NCBI GenBank assembly: GCA_964565265.1
Contig: CAZMEC010000002.1
Location: 1 to 48,454 of the forward strand
From: an uncultured Myxococcales bacterium
Lineage (GTDB): Bacteria; Myxococcota_A; UBA9042; CAIXZC01
DNA: 48,454 nt
Direction of reading: 5' to 3'
The notes under the pieces were generated by a model. The model made no database searches. It worked only from the letters and a program-made list of their open reading frames with translations, and was not told where the DNA came from. Positions within the stretch are counted from its first letter, which is position 1. Each line of letters opens with the position of its first letter. Below, piece after piece: positions 7,949 to 17,083 of this stretch. A program made the position numbers and the translations under genes.

Positions 7949-10900
7949 CTACCTGAAGCCCAGGTCCTCATAGGCCCAGGCCCCCCAAAGGCGGGTGTTG
8001 AAATCGTAGAGGTTGAAGCGCCGGAAGTCGTGGTCTTCCTTGCGAACCGAGTAGATGCGAAGGCCCGCAGCCTTGGCCGCCAGGGGCGAGAAGCCCTGGG
8101 ACGAAAAGTCCGGCAGGGTGAAGTCGTGGACCCCCCCGGCGCTGGTGATTCGCCAGATGGTGCGACCATAGGGGTCCTCAAGGTACAACAGATTGAACGA
8201 GTCCTCGGCCCCCTCCTGCCCATTGGTCCAGGAGAGGTGCTGCTGGTCCCAGGCCTGCCCAGCCAGGGGGCTTAAAAACTCCGGCATTCCCATCATGGGA
8301 TGGAAGCTGAGGCCCGGCGCCCCCGCCACCAGCAAGGCCTGTGCCCCGTCCAGCACCGCCACCAGGGGTCGCTGTCCTGCCACCTGGGTCAGCTCCTGCC
8401 ACAGCCCACCCGCCAAGCCCACCACCCTACCCTTCAAGTCCACCAGCCACAACGCCTGGGCCGAGGCCCCCGTGCCGGCCTGCCAATTCCCCGCCGGCGC
8501 CCCCGGGTCAAGCCAGGTCCCGTCCTGCAGCAGCAGCGCCACGCAGTCCCGCCCCGTAAGCAACAGGGTCCCGTCGTCCAGGGCCCCCAGTCGCTGCCCC
8601 ACACAGGGAGCCTTGGGCAGGGCCTGCCACTCCAGGGAGGGGGTCCTCGCAAAGACCCCGCCATCCTCCGCCAGGACCAGCAGTTCCTGGCCGAGAAACC
8701 CCAGCGCCCTGACCATCAGGGCGACCCTGGTCCGCCCGGTCAACTCTCCGTCTCGAAACTCCGCCAGTTGGCCCTCCCCGGCTGCCACCAGACGCCCCGC
8801 CGGGTTGCCCGCCAGGGCCACCACGGGGCCGCCAAAGAGGCTACCGAGAAGCCTGGCTTCCCCCTGCGATTCCAACGCCACCAGGGCCCCCGACGCCCCC
8901 CCCAGGTACAGCACCTGACCGGCCACGGCCGAGGCCACCATGCTGCCGTCCACGGGCAGGAGTTGACGCCGGGCGCTGCCTCCCGGGAAAAGCCACAGGG
9001 CCTCCCCTCCGTCCCCGGCAAACACCAGGGCCTCTCCCAGGCGGGCCACCGTGCGAAGGGCTCCGGGGGGGGCCTCGGCCTGGGGCAGCGCCTTCCCTCC
9101 CTGGACCGCCACCAGGGAGGCGCCGGGGTCGGGCCGGGGCAGGGTCCGTTGGATTCTGCTCACGGGGAGGGCATCCAGCGAGCCCTCCCAGACGGCCCCC
9201 TGCACCAGCAGTGAGGCCCCCTCCAGAGAGCCCTCAAAGGCCAGGGGCAGACTGGTCAGTTCCAGGGAAGTGCCGGCGGCCTCCTGGGCAGAGGAGGGCA
9301 GAGGAATGAAGCCATCCGAACCCAGCTCGATGAAGGCCAGGATGGAACTCAGGGCGTTGGGGGGGCGCGGGGGGTCGGGCAGGTGGACCAGGAGTCTGCC
9401 GTCCAGGCGGTGCTCCGGCACCAGGGGCGGCAGGGTCACCTTGGCCCCCGGGTAGACGGTCAGATGGCGCCGCAGGGCCAGGGTCTGGGGCACGAAGCGC
9501 CCCGAGACGAAGTCCGTGTAACCCAGGAAGCAGACCAGCGCCCGCTCGCCGGGGGAGGCCACCAGTTCCAGGTTGAGGGTCTCGTCCTCCAGAGGCAGGG
9601 CGGGGGCCAGGGCCAGGCTGCTGGCATAGGGACCGTCCTGGGAGAAGAAGCAGCGGACGCCCGCCTCTCCGGCGGCCAGAATACAGAAGCGACCGCGGTT
9701 CCCAAGGCCAGCGCAGCGGGCCCGGTCCGGGCAGTCCTGATCCGCCCCACAGGGCAGGCTGCAATAGGTGCCCGTGCGGCCGAAGGGTACACACTGGGAG
9801 CCCTCCGGGCAGTCTGGGTTGTCCAGACAGGGCAGACAGAAGGCGTCGGTCTTGGGATAGGTGCTGCAATCCCCAGCGGGGGCCTGGGAATACTTCCGGG
9901 CGTCCAGGAGGCTGACCTTGACCAGGCCATCCGCCGGGGGGTCTGTCCCTCCCCCGCCGGGCCCCGTGGGCTTGGGTACGGTGAGGAACAGCGTGGCGTT
10001 TCTGGCCGAGGTCCCAACCACCGAAGAGGCCTCACTGCCCAGGCGGCTGACATGCACCGAGCAGGGCCCCCGGAGCCCCGCCTCGGAGATGGTCAACAGG
10101 CCCCGGTCGTCGGTCAGCCCGGTCCTCCATCCGCTGAAGGAAGGGCAGCTCACCAGGACCGTCGCCCCGGGGACCGGATCCCAGTCCCGGTTGTCCAGCA
10201 CGGCCAGGTTCAGGTCACCCTCCAGGGTCCCGCCCCAGAGGCCTCCAGAGTTCCAGTCCGTGGGATCGAAGAAGTTGAAGGGGGCCGCCCAGCGCAGCTC
10301 CCCGGAGGGGGCCTCCAGGCGCAAGGCAAGGTCCCCGGGGATGGGCACCGCCGGGGTCCGCACCAGGGCCAGGGAGTCCCCGGATTGGTATTCGAGGTCC
10401 GCCTCCAGGTCGCCGAAGAAGACCCGCAGGCCCGCACCCAGGCCGGCCCCCCGGAGTTCCACCAGGGTCCCCCCTGCGAGGGAGGCGTCCCCGGGGGTCA
10501 CGGAGACCAGGGCAGGGTTGGCAGGCAGGTAGGTCCAGAGGTCTCTAAAGGCCCACTCACCGTAGGCAGTGGTGAGCCGCAGCGTGCGCTTCCCCGGGCC
10601 TCCGTCGGGCATGGCCACCAGCAGCCGCTGGGGTCCCCGCTCCAGGATTGGCGCGGACCGGGCGCCCACATGAACGGCCGTCACCCCATCCAGGGCCTGA
10701 CCGGACAGCAACACCTGGGGCAAGCCCTGGAGGGGCCCCTCGGAGGGCAGCAGGGCGGTCAGTTCGGGCTTCTGGAAGATCACCACTTCGGGCCCCTGGA
10801 GGGGTCCCTGGGAGGACTGGATCTCCAGGCGAAGAACCCCCGGGCCCCCGAAGGCAGGAAAGTGCAGCAGCCAGGTGCAACTCCCCACGGGGTGGTCCAG

Positions 10901-11947
10901 CAGAAGCCCCGGAACGGCCCCCAGCAGGAAGGTCGGAGCGGGCTCCGAGGCCAGAGCACAGGCGCTGACCTGAAGCCGGCCACCCTCCAAGGGCAGGAAG
11001 GGCGGGTCCACCCGCAGCACCTGGGGGTCACCCTGCCAGGGGGCGTCCAACAGTTCCAGGCCTCCGGGGGCGGTGGCCCCACCCCAGGGTCCCTCAAGTC
11101 TCAAGGTCAGGGGGCCGGGGGGCAGGCCCTCGGGGACGAGGAAGGCAAGCTCACCCGGGAGCTTGTCCAGGATGGGCAGCGCCCGGCCACCAAGCCAGAG
11201 CTGTGCCACCGTGGACAGGCGCAGCCCCTGAACGCGGACCCTGGTTCCAGCGTTGACCACACGGGGGATGATTTCTTCGATGGTCGGTGGAGCAGTGAAG
11301 GTGAAGGCCCTCTCCAGGCGAGCCCCCCCCACTGGTCCCGCGGCATACAGCGCCGTGGGCCCCGTGGCCCCCGAAGGAGCAGTGAACCCCAGCGCCGTGC
11401 CCTGGTCCAGGATCTGCACTCCCTCCAGCATCTGTCCGCCCAGCATGAAGGCGGTCCCGGGCAGGAAACCCTGGCCCTTGATCGTCAGGGCAGTCCCGCC
11501 CGCCGCAGGGCCCTCCTGGGGTTGCAGCCCGGTGAGCTCGAAGGCGGCGGCGAACAGGAAGGCCTGGTCCAGGATGGCCACCACCCCGCCGGCCCCCAGG
11601 ACGGTCAGGCTGGCGAAGCCCGGCGGAGCCTCAGGCGTGGTGACCCACAGAGTGGAGCTGGATTCGAAGAAGACCTCGGGGGCCTCCTCGGCGTCGAAGA
11701 AGACCCGGCTGGACCGGGTGAAGGCCTGCCCCCTGACCAGGACCAACTCGCCCCCGGTGGGGAGGCCCCGGTCTGGAGTCACGCCCTCGATTGTCAACAC
11801 CGCCGGGGCATCCTCTTCCACCAACCCATCCTCGAGAGTATGAAGTGAGGAACTGCCCGGCTGGGGCACCCGCTGGGCGTCAAAGGGATCCAGCCCGCAG
11901 GCCCAAAGGCCCAGCAGCAGCAAGGCTACCCTGGAGGCCCGGAACAT
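7949..11947 (-). CDS. large lipoprotein (about 1332 aa) with multiple IPT/TIG domains, a Cys-rich segment and a beta-propeller-like C-terminus
   Basis: The frame is open to 12241, but that extension overlaps the upstream gene. The ATG at 11947 gives a lipobox signal (MFRASRVALLLLGLWAC). IPT/TIG-like units repeat (LTIEGVTPDRGLPTGGELVLVRGQAF; LTGLQPQEGPAAGGTALTIKGQGF; and others). A Cys-rich block follows (CLPCLDNPDCPEGSQCVPFGRTGTYCSLPCGADQDCPDRARC). The C-terminal region is Gly/Leu-rich and repeat-like. Confidence 0.85.
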   Translation of the reverse strand: MFRASRVALLLLGLWACGLDPFDAQRVPQPGSSSLHTLEDGLVEEDAPAVLTIEGVTPDRGLPTGGELVLVRGQAFTRSSRVFFDAEEAPEVFFESSSTLWVTTPEAPPGFASLTVLGAGGVVAILDQAFLFAAAFELTGLQPQEGPAAGGTALTIKGQGFLPGTAFMLGGQMLEGVQILDQGTALGFTAPSGATGPTALYAAGPVGGARLERAFTFTAPPTIEEIIPRVVNAGTRVRVQGLRLSTVAQLWLGGRALPILDKLPGELAFLVPEGLPPGPLTLRLEGPWGGATAPGGLELLDAPWQGDPQVLRVDPPFLPLEGGRLQVSACALASEPAPTFLLGAVPGLLLDHPVGSCTWLLHFPAFGGPGVLRLEIQSSQGPLQGPEVVIFQKPELTALLPSEGPLQGLPQVLLSGQALDGVTAVHVGARSAPILERGPQRLLVAMPDGGPGKRTLRLTTAYGEWAFRDLWTYLPANPALVSVTPGDASLAGGTLVELRGAGLGAGLRVFFGDLEADLEYQSGDSLALVRTPAVPIPGDLALRLEAPSGELRWAAPFNFFDPTDWNSGGLWGGTLEGDLNLAVLDNRDWDPVPGATVLVSCPSFSGWRTGLTDDRGLLTISEAGLRGPCSVHVSRLGSEASSVVGTSARNATLFLTVPKPTGPGGGGTDPPADGLVKVSLLDARKYSQAPAGDCSTYPKTDAFCLPCLDNPDCPEGSQCVPFGRTGTYCSLPCGADQDCPDRARCAGLGNRGRFCILAAGEAGVRCFFSQDGPYASSLALAPALPLEDETLNLELVASPGERALVCFLGYTDFVSGRFVPQTLALRRHLTVYPGAKVTLPPLVPEHRLDGRLLVHLPDPPRPPNALSSILAFIELGSDGFIPLPSSAQEAAGTSLELTSLPLAFEGSLEGASLLVQGAVWEGSLDALPVSRIQRTLPRPDPGASLVAVQGGKALPQAEAPPGALRTVARLGEALVFAGDGGEALWLFPGGSARRQLLPVDGSMVASAVAGQVLYLGGASGALVALESQGEARLLGSLFGGPVVALAGNPAGRLVAAGEGQLAEFRDGELTGRTRVALMVRALGFLGQELLVLAEDGGVFARTPSLEWQALPKAPCVGQRLGALDDGTLLLTGRDCVALLLQDGTWLDPGAPAGNWQAGTGASAQALWLVDLKGRVVGLAGGLWQELTQVAGQRPLVAVLDGAQALLVAGAPGLSFHPMMGMPEFLSPLAGQAWDQQHLSWTNGQEGAEDSFNLLYLEDPYGRTIWRITSAGGVHDFTLPDFSSQGFSPLAAKAAGLRIYSVRKEDHDFRRFNLYDFNTRLWGAWAYEDLGFR

Positions 11948-11955
11948 GGCGGCAA

Positions 11956-12747
11956 TCAGCGGGGAAGGCGCCGAAAGCCGGGGCCGAAGTCCACATCGGG
12001 GATGATGTAGACCTTGGTCCTGGTCTCGGGGCGCAGGAAGGCGTGGTCCTCTTCGCTCCAGATGAAGCGGCCGTTGCCCTGCTCGTTGGCGCTGGCGCAG
12101 GGACCGCCCTTGCCGGGGCAGCCCGCGGGGCAGTTCTTTTCCCGAAGGGTCCAGGTGAAGTCCCCGACGGCGGGGGCCTGGCCCCCTTCGGGGGTCTCCC
12201 ATTTCAGCTCCGACCGGTAGTTGTAATTGCCCTGCTGGCAATCCCCGCTCCAGGTGCCCTTGAGGCCCAGCGTGAAGAAGAAGCGGTATTCGACCTCGGC
12301 GCCCAGGGACGCCAGGACGATGAACTCCCGGGTGCGCCGGGACTTCTCGAAGGCCGAGGTGACCACGGCGTGGAGTAACAGGTCCGGCGTGCCGTCATTG
12401 CCAAAGTCCCCCAGCCAGGCGTTCTTGACCTTGGTGTCCAGGGGATTCCACATGGTGGCCTCCACGGCCAGCAACTCGGACCAGTCGCCCTTGGCGCCCT
12501 GGCCCATGAGGAAGACCTTGCCGCTGCCCTCGCAGTTGCGCTTGATGCCAAGCCCGAAGGCCGGAGCCCCCTCCCCCGTGACCAGCTTCACCGTGGTCGC
12601 ATCGAAGTCCGCGGGGGCCTTCGCCGTCGCGGGCAGGAACTTGTCCAGGCGGGTCACCGTCCCGGGACAGTCGAAGATGGGGCTGGGGTCATTGTGGCTG
12701 CACCCAACTACAAGCAAGGCGGCCAACAGGGCAAATCCAGGTTTCAT
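11956..12747 (-). CDS. lipoprotein, 263 aa, with one FG-GAP/VCBS-like motif
   Basis: ATG start with lipobox MKPGFALLAALLVVGCSHN. It contains a GDFGNDGTPDLLL motif. It ends 9 nt before the IPT/TIG gene start on the same strand. Confidence 0.7.
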   Translation of the reverse strand: MKPGFALLAALLVVGCSHNDPSPIFDCPGTVTRLDKFLPATAKAPADFDATTVKLVTGEGAPAFGLGIKRNCEGSGKVFLMGQGAKGDWSELLAVEATMWNPLDTKVKNAWLGDFGNDGTPDLLLHAVVTSAFEKSRRTREFIVLASLGAEVEYRFFFTLGLKGTWSGDCQQGNYNYRSELKWETPEGGQAPAVGDFTWTLREKNCPAGCPGKGGPCASANEQGNGRFIWSEEDHAFLRPETRTKVYIIPDVDFGPGFRRLPR

Positions 12748-12780
12748 GAACAGTCTCCCTTCAAGCTTCGACGCCAGGAC

Positions 12781-14148
12781 TCAGGCCCCAGCGATGGTCA
12801 TCTCGCGCACCAGGAAGGTAGGCGCATTTATTGAAAAACGGAACTCCAGATCATTGCCCACGGCCTCCAGTCGTCCCCAGAAGTCCTGGAAACGGCAGCC
12901 CACCGTGATCTCGTGAACTGGATGAACAATCTTGCCATTCTCAACCCAGAAGCCCTCTGCACCCTGGGAAAAATCTCCCGTGGCGGGGTTGAACCCCGAA
13001 CCGATGAAGGAGCTTACCAGAAGGCCCGTGCCAAGGCGACCAAGCAATTCCTCCGGGCTGGCCGGGCCGGGCTTCAGGTACAGGTTGTGGGGCGCCACAC
13101 TGCTGGGACCGGACAGACCCCGGGCGCAGTGGCCGGTGGTGGGAATCCCCAGCTTGCCCCCATACCAGGAGTCACAGGGAATGGCCTTGAACAGGCCCCC
13201 TGAGAACAGCTCCAGGGGCGCCGTGCGGCAGCCGTCCGAGTCAAAGACCGTGCGGCCCGGGGCCACCAGCATCAGGGGATCATCAATCAGCGTCAGCTCC
13301 TCTGAGCCCACCCGGGTACCCAGGGCGCCGTCGAGATAGGAGGCCCCCTTCTGCAAGAGGTCCCCACTGGCGGCCCGAAACAGGTTGCCGATGAGGGCTG
13401 CGCCGGCCTCCGGCTCGAACAGCACGGGCCAGGTCCCGCTGGGGATCTTTTTGGCACCCAGCTTGGCCACGGCCCTGGCCCCGGCCTTCTTCCCCACGGC
13501 CTCCGGGCTCTCCAGGCCCTCAGGGGCCCGGGCCGCGCTGAACCACCAGGAGGTCTTCTTGCTGCCGTCCGCCCCCTCGGCCACGGGCTCCACGGACAGC
13601 GAGCAGTTGCTGGTCAACTCCACCGCGGCCAGCCCGGCGCTGGAATACATGGCCTGGAGACTGGCCCCTCCGGCGCAGCTTGCGCCCTCCGTCATGGTCA
13701 CCGCCGAGTGGTGGCCCAGGGCCGCCTTCTCACAGCGAGACGCAAGCTTGAATGCGCTTGATAGATCAAGATCAAACACCTTGGAATCAAACGCTTCCAT
13801 GTCGGGCTTTCCCAGATACAGCGAGGCCCCGTCCGGCAGGCGGTTCCCCGGGTCCTGGCTTAGCAGCGTGGCATGTTTCAGCAGCCTGGCCACCAGCTCC
13901 GCCGGGGGCACGAAGCGCCCATCTCCCAGGGCCGCCGAGGCACAGCGACCATCCCGAAACAGGCGAATCCCCATCCCCGAGGGGTTGGACTGGAGCAGCT
14001 CCTCGGCCACCCCGGCCCGGCACTTCACCGAGAAGGAGCGCCCCGCCTGAAAGGCCAACTCCACCTCTGCCCCCTGGGCCCGGGCCTCCCGAAGCAGCCC
14101 CTCGGCCCGCGCTTCCCATTGCTGCATGGTCTTCTCGAAGGGGTTCAA
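12781..14148 (-). CDS. pmbA: PmbA/TldE-family metalloprotease subunit
   Basis: 455-aa ORF with the typical PmbA_TldD family layout (N-terminal ...AEVELAFQAGRSFSVKCRAGVAEEL; C-terminal ...GDFSQGAEGFWVENGKIVHPVHEITV). The TTG start at 14148 has GGAGG 6 nt upstream and overlaps the tldD stop (TTGA). An alternative ATG lies at 14127. Confidence 0.85.
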   Translation of the reverse strand: MNPFEKTMQQWEARAEGLLREARAQGAEVELAFQAGRSFSVKCRAGVAEELLQSNPSGMGIRLFRDGRCASAALGDGRFVPPAELVARLLKHATLLSQDPGNRLPDGASLYLGKPDMEAFDSKVFDLDLSSAFKLASRCEKAALGHHSAVTMTEGASCAGGASLQAMYSSAGLAAVELTSNCSLSVEPVAEGADGSKKTSWWFSAARAPEGLESPEAVGKKAGARAVAKLGAKKIPSGTWPVLFEPEAGAALIGNLFRAASGDLLQKGASYLDGALGTRVGSEELTLIDDPLMLVAPGRTVFDSDGCRTAPLELFSGGLFKAIPCDSWYGGKLGIPTTGHCARGLSGPSSVAPHNLYLKPGPASPEELLGRLGTGLLVSSFIGSGFNPATGDFSQGAEGFWVENGKIVHPVHEITVGCRFQDFWGRLEAVGNDLEFRFSINAPTFLVREMTIAGA

Positions 14149-15692
14149 GAGGCACCTCCCATGGTGATTCCGTCAATTCTCACGGTGGGAATCCCCACCC
14201 CCACGGGCACGGACTGGCCATCCTTGCCGCAGGTCCACATGCCGTCACTCATGACCAGATCGTTGCCCACCGCCACCACCCGGCTGAGGGCGTCGGGGCC
14301 GTTGCCGATGATCATCAGATCCTTCACCGGCGAGGTAATCTTCCCATCCTCCACCAGGTAGCTCTCCACGGCCCGGAACACGAAGTCCCCGTTGGCGATG
14401 TTCACCTGCCCGCCGCTGAAGTTGCTGCAGTAGACCCCTCGCTTGCAGTCGGCGACGATCTCCCCGGGGGGAGTCTGCCCGGCCGCCATGAAGGTGTTGG
14501 ACATGCGGGGGATGGGGGGGTGGCGGAAGCTCTGGCGCCGGCCGCTGCCCGCGGCCACCCCGAAGTGGGCGGCGCTGATCCGGTCCTGGAGATAGGCCCG
14601 CAGGATGCCGTCCTCAATCAACACGGCGCGGGCCCCCGGCGCCCCCTCATCATCAAAATGGAAGCTGCCCCGAGCCCCGGGAAGCCGGGGATCGTCAATG
14701 ACTGTGCAAAGCTCCGAGGCCACCTTCTGGCCCAGGCGCCCGGAGTAGCGCGAGCTGCCCCGGCGGTTGAAGTCCGCTTCCAGGGGATGCCCCACGGCCT
14801 CGTGGAGCAGCACGCCGGAGGGCCCCGGCGCCAGGATGAGGACCAGCTCGCCGGAGGGGGCGGGCACAGCGTCCAACATCTTGACCGCAGTGGAGGCGGC
14901 CTCCCTGCCCACGGCCTCAGGGCTGCGGCCTTCAAACCAGACCAGCCCCCGGCGCCCACCGCCACCCGCCCGGGCGGTCTGTCGCAGGTCTCCCCGCTGG
15001 GCCACCACCGCTACATTGAAACGCAGGAGGGGCTGGACATCCACGGCCACCCTCCCCTCACTGGTCAGCACGGCCACCTCGCGGAGCTCTTCCACCAGGC
15101 TCACATCCACCTTCCTGACCAGGGGGGACACGGCCAGGGCCGCTTCCCGGGCCCGGGTGATAAGCTCGACGCGGCGCTCCAGGCCGACCTTCAAATCGCA
15201 GGAGGCGCCTTGGTACAGCTCCTCCCGGAGGTGGGCCTGGACCAGAGACGGAAGCGTCCCCCCCGTCCCCCCTGCCTGTTGAAGGGAGGCCGCGGCCAGG
15301 TCTCCAGCAGCCGCCAGCACCAGGGAGGCGTCAAAGCTCTGGGTGTAGCCGCTGGCCACCGTGTCCCCCTTGAGGGACCGCAGCCCCACGCCGCCATCCA
15401 AATCCCAGGCCAGATCCCGAAACACCCCGTCTTCATTCATCAGGGCCAGGGACTCGCGCCGCTCAAGGAACAGTTCGGCAAAATCCGCCCCCCGGGAGCG
15501 CAGCCTCGCGAGGGCCTCCAGGGCCGCCTCCCGGGGAAGCCCAAAGAGCCCCTCCGATCCGGTGGCCTGCCCCCCAAACCCCTCCGGCAGCCCCCCCGCA
15601 AGGAGCGGGTCCAGGCCACTGAGCAGAAGGGCCACCACGGAGCCCCCGAGGAAGTCCCGGCGACTGAGATTCTTGGATAACTTCGTCAGCAT
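14145..15692 (-). CDS. tldD: TldD-family metalloprotease with twin-arginine (Tat) signal peptide
   Basis: HEAVGHPLEADF metal-binding motif and family-typical C-terminus (GGQVNIANGDFVFRAVESYLVEDGKITSPVKD). The N-terminus MLTKLSKNLSRRDFLGGSVVALLL matches the S-R-R-x-F-L Tat consensus. The ATG at 15692 is preceded by GGAG. A TTG at 15704 is an alternative start. Confidence 0.9.
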   Translation of the reverse strand: MLTKLSKNLSRRDFLGGSVVALLLSGLDPLLAGGLPEGFGGQATGSEGLFGLPREAALEALARLRSRGADFAELFLERRESLALMNEDGVFRDLAWDLDGGVGLRSLKGDTVASGYTQSFDASLVLAAAGDLAAASLQQAGGTGGTLPSLVQAHLREELYQGASCDLKVGLERRVELITRAREAALAVSPLVRKVDVSLVEELREVAVLTSEGRVAVDVQPLLRFNVAVVAQRGDLRQTARAGGGGRRGLVWFEGRSPEAVGREAASTAVKMLDAVPAPSGELVLILAPGPSGVLLHEAVGHPLEADFNRRGSSRYSGRLGQKVASELCTVIDDPRLPGARGSFHFDDEGAPGARAVLIEDGILRAYLQDRISAAHFGVAAGSGRRQSFRHPPIPRMSNTFMAAGQTPPGEIVADCKRGVYCSNFSGGQVNIANGDFVFRAVESYLVEDGKITSPVKDLMIIGNGPDALSRVVAVGNDLVMSDGMWTCGKDGQSVPVGVGIPTVRIDGITMGGAS

Positions 15693-15925
15693 CTTGGTCT
15701 CCAACTCCCGCTGGGGCCATTGGCGGCCCGGAAATGAGGCCCAATCCTAATCGGCCAACCCCAGATTGCACAACCGGAAAAGCCCCGCCGGGCGCGATTC
15801 CCGATGGTTGGCGCGGCCAGGATTGTGGGGGCTCTGCGGGATTGTGGAATGGGCCCTGGAAAATCGCTTTACCTGCTGGACGCGAATCAATAGGATAGGA
15901 CCGCTGACTTAGGCTGGAGGGAACC

Positions 15926-17047
15926 ATGGCTCGCAGCAATTTCCTGATGATTCTTGTGGCTGGTGCGTTTTTCTTGGCGTTGGCTGCCTGCGGAGGCAGC
16001 AACACCCCAGGAGCGGAGACCGATGGTCTGGGCCCGGATGGGCTCACCGATGGGGTCAACGACCCGGATGCTGACAGCACCATCGACCAGGACACCAAGG
16101 AGATGGGTCCCCAGCCTGATGGCGTGGACACGGATGGCCAGGCCCTGACGGATACCCTCAATGTGGATGGGGACGGCTTCATTCCCGATGGCATTGATGT
16201 GGACATCTACGGGGAGGACCTTGAGACCGTTGGCATTGACATTCCCGATGGCGGCCTGATTCTGCCCACCATCTGCGAAGACAACTCCGACTGCAACGGT
16301 GGCTACTGCATGGAAATGCCCCCCAGCAGCGGCAAGTTCCTCTGCGCCGCCCCCTGCGAGGACGGCTGCCCCACGGGCTGGAGCTGCAAAGACATGTATG
16401 TGGATGGCCCCGACGCAGTCTTTGTCTGTGTGCCATCCTTTGACAACCTCTGCCGGAACTGCACCAAGGACTCCGACTGCCTCTTCTCGGGCTCGATCTG
16501 CATCAAGGAGGGTTCCGATACGGGCTTCTGTGGCAAGTCCTGCAACCCCGCCAAGACGGATTGCCCCACGAACTTCGAGTGCCGCATCGTGAAGGACAAC
16601 ACCGGCGCCCCCCTGGCCTACCAGTGCGCCCCCAAGCCCGGCTCCTGCTGCGGCGGCAACAAGTGGCTGAACTGCGACGACGAGAACGAATGCACCGGCG
16701 ACTCCTGCGTGCCCGGCACGGGCTGCGTCTTCAACCCGGCCGAGGACGGCACCACCTGCGGCACCGAAGAGCCCTGCTTCACCTCCACCTGCGCCTCCGG
16801 GGAATGCACCAGCTGGCCCATCCCCGACGACCTCACTTTCAACGGTGTGGACGACGACTGCGATGGCGAAACCGATGAAGATGTCTACAAGGGCCTGCGC
16901 GTTGACCACTTCACCTACGGGTCCGGCGCGGCCACCATGTCCGGCGGCAACTTCCGCCTCATGGGCGTCATGAACGCTCCTTCCTACCACGGCATTTCCG
17001 CTGGCGGCGGCTACAGGGTCAACCCCGGTATGCCCCTGGTGCAGTGA
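15926..17047 (+). CDS. Cys-rich lipoprotein with CTDC-like unit and DDDCDG metal-binding-type motif (cassette 1, small gene)
   Basis: GGAGGG SD before the ATG and a lipobox (MARSNFLMILVAGAFFLALAAC). An acidic D/G/T-rich linker follows, then many paired Cys, CDDENECTGDSCVPGTGC and FNGVDDDCDGETDED. It is a paralog of 20668-21657. Confidence 0.8.
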   Translation: MARSNFLMILVAGAFFLALAACGGSNTPGAETDGLGPDGLTDGVNDPDADSTIDQDTKEMGPQPDGVDTDGQALTDTLNVDGDGFIPDGIDVDIYGEDLETVGIDIPDGGLILPTICEDNSDCNGGYCMEMPPSSGKFLCAAPCEDGCPTGWSCKDMYVDGPDAVFVCVPSFDNLCRNCTKDSDCLFSGSICIKEGSDTGFCGKSCNPAKTDCPTNFECRIVKDNTGAPLAYQCAPKPGSCCGGNKWLNCDDENECTGDSCVPGTGCVFNPAEDGTTCGTEEPCFTSTCASGECTSWPIPDDLTFNGVDDDCDGETDEDVYKGLRVDHFTYGSGAATMSGGNFRLMGVMNAPSYHGISAGGGYRVNPGMPLVQ

Positions 17048-17083
17048 TTTGATTCTTACCTTTCGGATACCACGGAGGACACC

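Noticed and set aside
9383-11848. 821-aa plus-strand ORF antisense to the IPT/TIG gene
   Set aside because: Gly/Pro/Arg/Gln-rich shadow ORF with no recognisable domain. The minus strand encodes clear IPT/TIG repeats.
7949-12241. N-terminally extended versions of several track ORFs (7949-12241, 2479-7713, 7688-7933, 21489-25247, 34077-34961, 34879-35544, 37480-38775, 40864-41880, 47084-47845)
   Set aside because: The extensions are Pro/Arg-rich and overlap the preceding gene or a predicted promoter. They also lack an SD. In each case an internal start has an SD, and in most cases it yields a canonical signal peptide, lipobox or family-typical N-terminus.
13752-15680. 642-aa plus-strand ORF antisense to tldD/pmbA
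   Set aside because: Pro/Gly/His-rich low-complexity sequence. TldD and PmbA motifs on the minus strand are unambiguous.
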